DNA of 64,000 nucleotides from positions 2,656,001-2,720,000 of the forward strand of contig OY762926.1 of NCBI GenBank assembly GCA_963666735.1, given 5' to 3'. Below the pieces are notes generated by a model that was given only the letters and a program-made list of their open reading frames with translations, searched no databases and was not told the DNA's origin. The translations under genes and the position numbers were made by a program. Positions 1-7,634 of this stretch are shown in pieces; the first letter of the stretch is position 1, and each line of letters begins with the position of its first letter. Origin of the DNA: Gemmatimonadota bacterium. Its GTDB lineage: Bacteria; Gemmatimonadota; Gemmatimonadetes; Palauibacterales; Palauibacteraceae.

Positions 1-756
1 GCGCACGAAGGTCAGCGTCGCGGCGCGCACGGCGTGGTGCCAGTAGACGTTGCGGAACATCTGGTACTTCGAGAAGAGGAGCGTCTCCAGCGCGCTGAGT
101 CCTTTCTCGCTGACCGCGAGTTCGAGCGGGCGTCCGGCCCCTTCGCGCGCGACCGTGAGGGCCGGAAGCAGCCGGTCCACGTCCACGGCCCCGTACGGCA
201 CACCGCAGAAGAGGGAATCGCGCCGGAGGTAGTCGATCTTGTCGAGGTCCAGCGATCCCGAGATCAGCCCCTGCAACGGGTGGCCGGACTGTCCGCGAAT
301 GAGGGCGCCGATGCGGGCGCCGGCATCCGAACCGTACCGCTCGAGGACCCGGCGGATGGGGTCCGCCGCCATGAAGCGCGCCGCGATCTCCTCGTGGTCT
401 CCCGGGGTCGCTCCCGGATCGAGTTCCTCCACCGCGTGCGAGAATGCGTAATGCCCGACATCGTGCAGGAGCGCGCCGAGACGAACGACCGGCAGTTCGC
501 CCATGTCCTCCGCGTCCAGCGCGTCGAGGTGTCCGTCGCGCTCGAGGCAGGAGATGGCCCGCGAAACGAGATGGTAGACCCCGAGGGCGTGCAGGAAGCG
601 GTTGTGGACGCCGCCGGGATACACGAGGTGCGCGAAGCCGAGTTGCTTGACGCGCCGCAGTCGCTGGAACTGGGGCGTGTCGAGAATCTCCGCCGCGTCC
701 TCGTCCAGGCGGACGTTCCCCCACAGGGGATCACGGATCGTGCGTATTCTGGCCAT
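1..756 (-). CDS. HD-domain phosphohydrolase (YdhJ/SAMHD1-like dNTPase family), 3' end outside window
   Basis: Manual translation from ATG 756 (not in ORF track): MARIRTIRDPLWGNV...FQRLRRVKQLG...YPGGVHNRFLHALGV...LLHDVGHYAFSH...LDLDKIDYLRRD, the hallmark motifs of this HD family. Confidence 0.9.
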   Translation of the reverse strand, partial: MARIRTIRDPLWGNVRLDEDAAEILDTPQFQRLRRVKQLGFAHLVYPGGVHNRFLHALGVYHLVSRAISCLERDGHLDALDAEDMGELPVVRLGALLHDVGHYAFSHAVEELDPGATPGDHEEIAARFMAADPIRRVLERYGSDAGARIGALIRGQSGHPLQGLISGSLDLDKIDYLRRDSLFCGVPYGAVDVDRLLPALTVAREGAGRPLELAVSEKGLSALETLLFSKYQMFRNVYWHHAVRAATLTFVR

Positions 757-984
757 GGGTGTCGCTGAACATGTTCGGCGGAGCCGTCAACGGGCAATCA
801 ACGGCCGCCGCCGCATGCCACCTTAGGCCGCCCCAAGCCGCCGCATGCCGCCAGTTCGGGCGGGCGGCGGTGTTGCGGCGCGGACGGGGCCCTTGCGAGC
901 TTGCCAGACCTTGGCTGTCGGGTTCCTCCGCCCCGGGCGCCCTCGAGGATCTCCGAGGCGGGAACATGCTGAACGGGAGGCGGC

Positions 985-1368
985 GTGGAGATCAAACGCG
1001 ACCGGATGGTCCACCTCGGATACGCGAAGTACTGGCGCTCCGACCAGATCGTGGGACTGCTCCCGATCGAGGAAGACCGGGGACCCGGCAGGCGGACGGA
1101 GGTCTTCGTCGCCAGCAGCCCCGAGCCCGTGACCGCGTCTCGATCCGAGGCTTCCATCCTCCGGGACATGGCGTCGCTCCCGGACGAAGCCCGGGTCGCC
1201 GAGGCCGGCTCCATCGCCGAGGACCTCGTGGGCGCGCTGCGCGACCTGTCGCCCGTACTCAAGCGGATGCTGAAGAACGAAGAGGGGTTCGACGTCGAGT
1301 ACTGGGCCGGCAGACTCCGCCGGGTCATGGAGTCGGATGATGACGGGCAGGAGGACCTCTTCGGCTGA
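985..1368 (+). CDS. Hypothetical protein, N-terminal half resembles RemA/DUF370
   Basis: GGGAGG RBS before GTG. Pattern MVHLGYAKYWRSDQIVGL...GRRTEVFV...VTASRSEASILRDM recalls RemA (IGFGN..IVAI..GRRTRAVI..VILSA). Confidence 0.7.
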   Translation: MEIKRDRMVHLGYAKYWRSDQIVGLLPIEEDRGPGRRTEVFVASSPEPVTASRSEASILRDMASLPDEARVAEAGSIAEDLVGALRDLSPVLKRMLKNEEGFDVEYWAGRLRRVMESDDDGQEDLFG

Positions 1369-1511
1369 CGCGTCCGCACGGCAGAACCGATGCGGCGGTA
1401 TCAACGGGATGTTTAGATGATGCCGCTGGGAAAAGTTCAAGCTCAGGGCGACGGGGATGAGGCTCAGGCGACGCCCCGGGCCGACAGTTGCGTTCGACGC
1501 CACGGTTGAGG

Positions 1512-1573
1512 GTCTTGCGCAACCACGCCCATATGGCTAAAGGTTTCGGGAGATAGTCCCCTGACCCGGGAGG
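1512..1573 (+). promoter_or_regulatory. Conserved upstream element of Cys-rich peptide cassette (copy 1)
   Basis: GTCTTGCG-N16-GCTAnnGnTT-N9-AGTCCCCT-N4-CGGGAGG. The same blocks with identical spacing of the first three occur at 15559-15624. Confidence 0.7.
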
Positions 1574-1578
1574 ACCAA

Positions 1579-1818
1579 ATGTTGCGCCTCAAGTCGTTCC
1601 TTCGCCCGCCTCTGTACCTCTTGCTCCTCGTGCTCGCGCTTCCGGTTACCGTGCGGGAAGTTACCGCCGCGAACCTGCTGGACTGTGAATCCCAGTGCTC
1701 GCACATGAGCGCGATAGTGTATCGGGAAGCGCTGGACGACGGCCACACTCCTACAGGTGCCAGAGCCATAGCCCGGCGTGCGTACAACAGGTGTATGAAA
1801 AACTGCGGCCCCGAATGA
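1579..1818 (+). CDS. Small secreted Cys-rich peptide (signal peptide + CX3C-X31-CX3C)
   Basis: GGGAGG RBS; hydrophobic signal ending ...EVTA; four Cys as CESQC and CMKNC; stop overlaps next start (ATGA). Confidence 0.8.
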   Translation: MLRLKSFLRPPLYLLLLVLALPVTVREVTAANLLDCESQCSHMSAIVYREALDDGHTPTGARAIARRAYNRCMKNCGPE

Positions 1819-2912
1819 GATACTGCGGCCGCTTCGTGACAGGCCGGAGCCCGGCGCTTATCGTCCTGCTCACCACTGCCTGTGGTGGGCCGGGCGATTT
1901 GCCCGCCCCCCAGTACGTCGAGCCCATCGCTTCCACGGAGGTCCCGGCGAGTCTATCCCGGTCACTTGTTCTGCTTGAAGGCGGTATCGCCTGTGTAACA
2001 GAGACGTACTGGCACCGCATCGTCTGTACGCATCCCCGTGGCGAATCGCTTGCGTTCGGCACGAAGGGTGAGGGTCCGGGCGAACTCCTTTTCCCCGAGG
2101 TCGTGTTACGGGCACAAGACGGGATGATCGGTGTGCTGGACACCGAACTGCACCGCCTGTCTCTGTTCACGGAAGCGGGCGAGTTCGTGAAGGCCACATC
2201 AGATTTTCCTTTGGGGTTCCGTGGATACGAGCGGAAGGTGGTAGGGGAGACGTTAGTCGGCTCCTATCGCGATCAATCGCGGAATCTGATGTTCGCGGAG
2301 ATTGAGTTAGCGACGGGTCGTGTCCTTCGGGAGCGGATTTTTCCCCTCGAGAACGATGTTGTCGACTGCTCGACGCAAAGTGCGACAAATAGGCGGCTTA
2401 GCGCTGGATACTCAGGATCCGACCGAAGCCTCCTGTTCGTAGCGTGCCACGGTGAGTTTCTGGTGTGGTACGCCGACCGTAAGGATGCGGAACCGGCGGC
2501 CATCGTCCGATCAACCTACGTTGAGCGGTATCCGTCCGACCGTGAAGTGGCCTCGGTTGTACGTACGCTGCAAACGGAGCCCTGGATTGCCACTAGCGAA
2601 GAAGAGGTAAGGGCAACACCCAAGGTTTGGTACGGGCCGAGGGTCGTGGATGACAGGGGACGGTTCTGGGCGGTGTCGCGCTGGGAGTATCTTGAAGACG
2701 TGATTCCGCGTACGAGCTACATCGATTTGTTCGACCTTACGAGCGAGGGTCCACGGTACGCGCTCACGCTGGAGTTGCAGGACAAGGTGATCGGGATGGA
2801 TGTCCTCGACGATACGCTTGCCGTCCTCGTTGAGCGTGATGCTGGCAACGTGCAAGCGGAGCGGCGCGTGGACTGGTACGATATTTTGACCGTGGGTGAT
2901 CTCAAGTTTTAG
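1815..2912 (+). CDS. 6-bladed beta-propeller lipoprotein (NHL/TolB-like)
   Basis: Lipobox-like LLTTAC; FGTKGEGPGEL; VDDRGRFWA; ATG at 1815 coupled to peptide stop. Confidence 0.85.
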   Translation: MRYCGRFVTGRSPALIVLLTTACGGPGDLPAPQYVEPIASTEVPASLSRSLVLLEGGIACVTETYWHRIVCTHPRGESLAFGTKGEGPGELLFPEVVLRAQDGMIGVLDTELHRLSLFTEAGEFVKATSDFPLGFRGYERKVVGETLVGSYRDQSRNLMFAEIELATGRVLRERIFPLENDVVDCSTQSATNRRLSAGYSGSDRSLLFVACHGEFLVWYADRKDAEPAAIVRSTYVERYPSDREVASVVRTLQTEPWIATSEEEVRATPKVWYGPRVVDDRGRFWAVSRWEYLEDVIPRTSYIDLFDLTSEGPRYALTLELQDKVIGMDVLDDTLAVLVERDAGNVQAERRVDWYDILTVGDLKF

Positions 2913-5202
2913 CCGAGGATCGCGCGTGCGCGCGGACGTCGGCTACGAGTCGCCCGTGAGCGTCGAGCGGGTGAGACGGAAAGGCGGCGTGATTCTCCCA
3001 GGGCGAAATCTACGCCGCCACACTTTCGGTGCGGGGTGCGCTTCCGACCCCCCGGGGCTGGCCCGGGGAGAGAACGCCACGACTCGCGACCGGCCGCGAA
3101 GACGGAGTAAGTCTACCGCAAGGGCGGCGGTCGCTGCGGCGCTGTCTATGCCGATCGCCCTTGGAGGCCAGGAAATCCCCGCAGCGTCGGCCGCGGCTCC
3201 GCAGGCCGGGGTCTCCGATGGTTGGAACTCCGAGGCGGCCCTTCTCCTCATCGAGCGCGCGATCGAGGCGCGGCGGCACGCCTGGGCCGACAGTTCCCTG
3301 CAACGATTACGGGCCGACGTGCAGGGGCATGTCTACTACCTGGGCGACATCCTCGGGGAACGGCACGTCATCCGGGCGGACCAGCTCGCGCTGGATGTCC
3401 GCTGGCAGAACCCGGACCGGACGATGCAGACGATCGTCGGGCGCCGGCACGAACGCCGGCTGCCGACGACCATCCATTATCACCTCGACCACCTCTTTCT
3501 CGTCCTCGACAACTTCGGGGATCGGATCCGGCTCGGAGACGGCCTCGAGATCCGCAACGTGCTCCATCCCGCGGGGGCGGGCGCGCGTACGTTCTACGAA
3601 TACCGGCTCGCGGACTCGCTCGAGATCCGGCTCCGCGACCGAACCGCCCGGGTCTTCGAGTTGGAGGTCCGCCCGCAGGAAGCGACGGCCGCGGGCGCGG
3701 TGGGGTCGCTCTTCGTCGAACGGGAGACGGGGGCCATCGCGCGCATGCGGCTCACGTTCACCCGTGCCGCCTATCGCGATCCGCAGATCGTGCGGCTCGT
3801 CGTCGACCTGCGCTCGGCGCTGTGGGAAGGCCGTTACTGGCTGCCCGACGAGCAGGAGGTCGAGATCGCGCGATCGCTTCCGTGGTTCGACTTTCCGCTC
3901 GAGACGCTGATCCGGACCCGCCTCCGCGTCCTCGACTACGAATTCGACGAGGAGGCGCTCTTCAGCCTGGGCGCCGGCCAGCTCATCTACAGCTATCGCG
4001 AGGAGGAACTGGCCCGCTTCGATGCATGGGAAGACCCGCTCTACGGGGGGCCCCTCGAGGAGGGAGGCGCCGACGGCGATCCGGAGGCGGCGGTCGCGAA
4101 GGCCCGCGAGCTTCTGCGGCGGCAGACGCTGCTCGGCGGCCGACGCTGGCAACTCGCGCTTCCGAACGCGTCGGGGGGAATCCGCGCGCGGCGTTCCGAG
4201 GGCCTGTTCATCGGGGCCGGCGGCGCCTACCGGCCGGACGATCTCACGCGGGTGTCGTTCGGGGGCGGCCACGCGGTCGGGGCGGCGCGGCCCCAGGCGA
4301 GCCTCGGAGTTCGGCGCCGGCTGGGAGGGGTCGACATCGAGATCGACGGGTGGCTCAGGACTCATCGCGACGCGGGACCGACCGCGGGCGCGGGGGTGCT
4401 GCGCACGCTCGCGCTCCTCGCCGAGGGAGAGGACTACGAGGACCCGTACCTCGCCACCGGCGGACGGATCGGGATCGCGCGCCGCGGCGGCCCCGTGCGC
4501 TGGCGCGTGGGCGCGTCCTTCGAGAGCCACGAGCGGGCGGATCTCGTCGTCGGGACCGAACTGTTCGGCGACCGGCCGCTTCGCCCCGTGCGTCCCGTCG
4601 ACGAGGGGGAACTCGCACGGCTCGATGCGGGCGTGACGGTGGACCTCGCGAGCGGCCCGGGCGCGCGCTGGGGGCTGGAACTCGCGGGCGAAGCGGCGGC
4701 GAGCGGCGTCGGGAACTTCGGCTACACGCGCGCCACCGTCGCGCTGCGGGCCGCCCGCGGCGGCTCGGACGGCGCGTGGGACTGGGCGAGTGGCGTGGAA
4801 TTCGGTCTCGCCGGCGGGGAGTTGCCGGCCCAGCGGCTCTTTCTGCTCGGCGGACGCGGTTCGCTGCCCGGCTACGAGTTCCGCGGCTGGGGCGGGGACC
4901 GCATGGCGCTGTGGCGCGCCGAGGTGTCCCGCGCCATCGCCTCCCCCTGGGTGCGGTTGCGCGCCGTCGGCGCCATCGGCTGGGCCGGACTCGGGAGCCC
5001 GGGGGAGGACGCCGCCCGCCGCTTCGGCGTGAGCGGAACCGAGGGGCTGCGCGCCTCGGCCGGAGTGGGCCTGGGCCTCTTCTACGACATCCTACGCCTC
5101 GACGTCATGCGCGGCCTGCGCGGCGGTCCGGCACCCGACGGGAGCGAAGGGAACTGGGTCGTCCTCCTCTCCGTGGACCCCCGATTCCTCAGGATCCTGT
5201 GA
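2896..5202 (+). CDS. Large exported/outer-membrane protein with C-terminal beta-barrel-like region (start uncertain, probably downstream of 2896)
   Basis: Signal-like AAVAAALSMPIALGGQ; C-terminal LPAQRLFLLGGRGSLPGYEF...GVGLGLFYDILRLDV resembles Omp85/BamA-type barrels. Confidence 0.7.
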   Translation: MISSFSRGSRVRADVGYESPVSVERVRRKGGVILPGRNLRRHTFGAGCASDPPGLARGENATTRDRPRRRSKSTARAAVAAALSMPIALGGQEIPAASAAAPQAGVSDGWNSEAALLLIERAIEARRHAWADSSLQRLRADVQGHVYYLGDILGERHVIRADQLALDVRWQNPDRTMQTIVGRRHERRLPTTIHYHLDHLFLVLDNFGDRIRLGDGLEIRNVLHPAGAGARTFYEYRLADSLEIRLRDRTARVFELEVRPQEATAAGAVGSLFVERETGAIARMRLTFTRAAYRDPQIVRLVVDLRSALWEGRYWLPDEQEVEIARSLPWFDFPLETLIRTRLRVLDYEFDEEALFSLGAGQLIYSYREEELARFDAWEDPLYGGPLEEGGADGDPEAAVAKARELLRRQTLLGGRRWQLALPNASGGIRARRSEGLFIGAGGAYRPDDLTRVSFGGGHAVGAARPQASLGVRRRLGGVDIEIDGWLRTHRDAGPTAGAGVLRTLALLAEGEDYEDPYLATGGRIGIARRGGPVRWRVGASFESHERADLVVGTELFGDRPLRPVRPVDEGELARLDAGVTVDLASGPGARWGLELAGEAAASGVGNFGYTRATVALRAARGGSDGAWDWASGVEFGLAGGELPAQRLFLLGGRGSLPGYEFRGWGGDRMALWRAEVSRAIASPWVRLRAVGAIGWAGLGSPGEDAARRFGVSGTEGLRASAGVGLGLFYDILRLDVMRGLRGGPAPDGSEGNWVVLLSVDPRFLRIL

Positions 5203-5232
5203 CGCCCCCACTGGTGCAGGAGCGTAGCCTCA

Positions 5233-5509
5233 TTGGCGATCCCGCAGCGGACGACCGAGTGTCGTACCGGAGCGGCCCGCCTAACCGCCGCCGAGCGCGT
5301 CGCGCTGACGGATGTGCTCACGAACGCTATCTTAGGCGGCGATGGCGACGGGGGCGGTCCTGGCGCGGAATCTTGCTCTGTAAACTGCAAGTTCGCGCAT
5401 GATGATTGCTCGGTTACCTGCCAGGATGGGTATTATGCTTGCTGCGACCACAAGTTTCTGGTTCGGTACCAGCTGTGGCTGCGAAGAGCAGACTCCGACC
5501 ATAATGTGA
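5233..5509 (+). pseudogene. Cys-rich peptide gene, 5'-truncated and carrying a +1 frameshift (or sequencing error)
   Basis: Reads ...GGPGAESCSVNCKFAHDDCSVTCQDGYYACCDHK. Removing one T from TTT at 5455-5457 continues FWFGTSCGCEEQTPTIM-TGA(5507-5509), just before the next gene. No signal peptide or RBS is visible. Confidence 0.65.
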
Positions 5510-5518
5510 GCGGTCCCG

Positions 5519-6676
5519 ATGATTATATCACCTATGAGGATACGGCGTTGGCTATGCGGTTGCGGCGCGCTCGGCGCGATGTGGAGCGGCAGTGCCGCAG
5601 ATCCCGCAAGCGCGCTCCAAGCGGAGTGGCATTTGGCGGTCGCGCCGGTCTCGGAGTTTGGCCTTCGGGAAGGGCTGCCGCTGCACCGTGTCACCGGCGC
5701 GGTGGTTCTAGCGGATGGCCGCCTTGTTATCGCCGACGCCGGGAACCACCGTTTGCTGCATGTCTCGGCACAGGGTGAGTTGGTTCGTACGCTCGGACGC
5801 AAAGGCGGCGGACCTGGTGAATTCGAGTCGATCACCGCTCTGTTCGCGACGGACACGACCGTGTTGGCTTACGACGCTATGCAGTCGCGCGTAACCGTGT
5901 GGAACCTCGACGGGAACCCCACAGTATATCGATTGCCGGCGCCGCAGCAGCGACCCACGGCACTTGCCGCCATAGCTTCCGCTTCGGAATGGATATTGAC
6001 CGGCAATGAACCCCTTGAGACCACGAGTAGGGGATTGGTGACGCAGGAGGCATCGATCCTAACGTACGATCCGGTGGAGGATCGGTCCGTGAGGGTGGAT
6101 CGCCGACCGGTGAGATACGGATACGTCAGGTGGAGCGGGGACCGCTATTCACAGGGGTCTACACAGTTCCGGATGGGCTTCCTGGGATCGGCTCACATCG
6201 CGGGGAAGGCCGGCAGATGGTTTTTCGTTCCTATCGACAGCGCGGTTGTGGAGATCCGCGATGCAACGGAAGAGGCGGACCCCACAAAGATGCACCTGCC
6301 CATGGAGAGCGGGCCCTACTCGGTGCGGAAACTGAGGGAAGCGCGAGACGGTCTCATCTCCATCTCTTCAAGTTCGCACGCGAACCGGCTCAGGCAAGTG
6401 TATGACGATGTGGAGAGGAACCTGCCGCCGCGGACGCCGCCCGCTCGGCGAGTGCTAATGCTTGGCGAGAGTCTGTGGGTTGAGCGGTTTGAGTCCCGTA
6501 CGGACGGCAGTTCTGTTTGGCTGGTGGTCGATCCGAGTGAGCGCAAGGTCTTGGCTACGGCAGTCATCGCGCCGGGAATCACTTTGCTCGGCGGGAACGG
6601 GAGCGTGGCGGTCGTACTCACGCGGACGGAGCTGGGGGAAGAGGTAGTGAGTGTTCGGTCGATCCTACGCCCCTGA
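5519..6676 (+). CDS. 6-bladed beta-propeller, exported
   Basis: DGRLVIADAGNHRL...LGRKGGGPGEF; C-terminal ELGEEVVSV; start 5519 or 5534. Confidence 0.85.
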   Translation: MIISPMRIRRWLCGCGALGAMWSGSAADPASALQAEWHLAVAPVSEFGLREGLPLHRVTGAVVLADGRLVIADAGNHRLLHVSAQGELVRTLGRKGGGPGEFESITALFATDTTVLAYDAMQSRVTVWNLDGNPTVYRLPAPQQRPTALAAIASASEWILTGNEPLETTSRGLVTQEASILTYDPVEDRSVRVDRRPVRYGYVRWSGDRYSQGSTQFRMGFLGSAHIAGKAGRWFFVPIDSAVVEIRDATEEADPTKMHLPMESGPYSVRKLREARDGLISISSSSHANRLRQVYDDVERNLPPRTPPARRVLMLGESLWVERFESRTDGSSVWLVVDPSERKVLATAVIAPGITLLGGNGSVAVVLTRTELGEEVVSVRSILRP

Positions 6677-6988
6677 GCACGCCGGGTTGGAGGTGCCCAG
6701 GCCGTCTCAACCGATCCAATAGCCGCCCCTCTTCGGACCTGCGCCTGTTCGTGGCCGGTGCGTTGAGACCGTTGGACCAACCTGGTCGAACACCCGACCC
6801 TCGCCGCCACCTCGGCGGGTGTTTGCCCGCTCCCGATTCAGTCCCCGGCCTCGAACCCGTACCGCTTCGATCAGGCTTCGTACGCTCCTCGCTGGCCCAT
6901 CGTGGCCGGGAGTCTTGTTTCCCCGGGCGGGCGATGTAAGGATTCACCGTGAATCGTTGTGTCTCCAGCTCTTGCTTGAGGTTCGCCC

Positions 6989-7621
6989 ATGAGTGACGCC
7001 GAGATCACGACCGAGACGCCAACCGGTCATTCCCGAAGGACGTTCATCAAGGGGGTCATCGCGACCGGCGCGGTGGTCTCCTCCTCCAGCCATCTCTTTC
7101 GGGCCCGGAGCCTGTCGGCCAGCGCCGCGGTGCGGGCGTCGATGCCCCGCATGATCTCGCTGAACGTGAACGGCGTGTCGCGTTCGGTGGATGTCATGCC
7201 GCAGGAGACGCTGGCGATGACGCTGCGCTACAAGCTCGGGCTCACCGGCACGAAGCTCGGGTGCGACCGCGCGGAGTGCGGTGCCTGCACGGTGCTCATC
7301 GACGGGGTCTCCCACTACGCGTGCTCGATGCTGACGAACGTGGTGCGCGACCGGTCGGTGACGACGATCGAGGGACTCGAGGGCGCGGACGGCACGCTGC
7401 ACCCGGTGCAGCAGGCGGTGATCGACGAGGGTGGATTCCAGTGCGCCTTCTGCGCGCCCGGCTTCATCATGAGCATGGTCGCGCTCACGAACGAGAATCC
7501 CGAGCCCACGCGCCAGGAGACGGCGGAGGCGCTCTCCGGCAATCTCTGCCGCTGCGGGGACTACAACAAAATCCTGAACTCCGCCATGCGTGCCGCCGAG
7601 TACGCGCGGCGCACGGTGTGA
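6989..7621 (+). CDS. Xanthine-oxidase-family 2x[2Fe-2S] subunit with Tat signal (PaoA/CoxS-like)
   Basis: SRRTFIK Tat motif; GTKLGCDRAECGACTV; QCAFCAPG; NLCRCG. Confidence 0.93.
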   Translation: MSDAEITTETPTGHSRRTFIKGVIATGAVVSSSSHLFRARSLSASAAVRASMPRMISLNVNGVSRSVDVMPQETLAMTLRYKLGLTGTKLGCDRAECGACTVLIDGVSHYACSMLTNVVRDRSVTTIEGLEGADGTLHPVQQAVIDEGGFQCAFCAPGFIMSMVALTNENPEPTRQETAEALSGNLCRCGDYNKILNSAMRAAEYARRTV

Positions 7622-7634
7622 GGGGAGGACGGTC

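Noticed and set aside
1579..1818. RiPP precursor interpretation of the Cys-rich peptides
   Set aside because: No radical SAM, LanM, YcaO or peptidase-transporter genes nearby. Sec-type signals and even Cys counts fit disulfides better.
1357..2960. Gene-end duplication around cassette 1 (TCGGCTGACGCGTCCGCACG vs TCGGCTACGAGTCGCCCG) and cassette 2
   Set aside because: Only short gapped matches, expected by chance at this GC.
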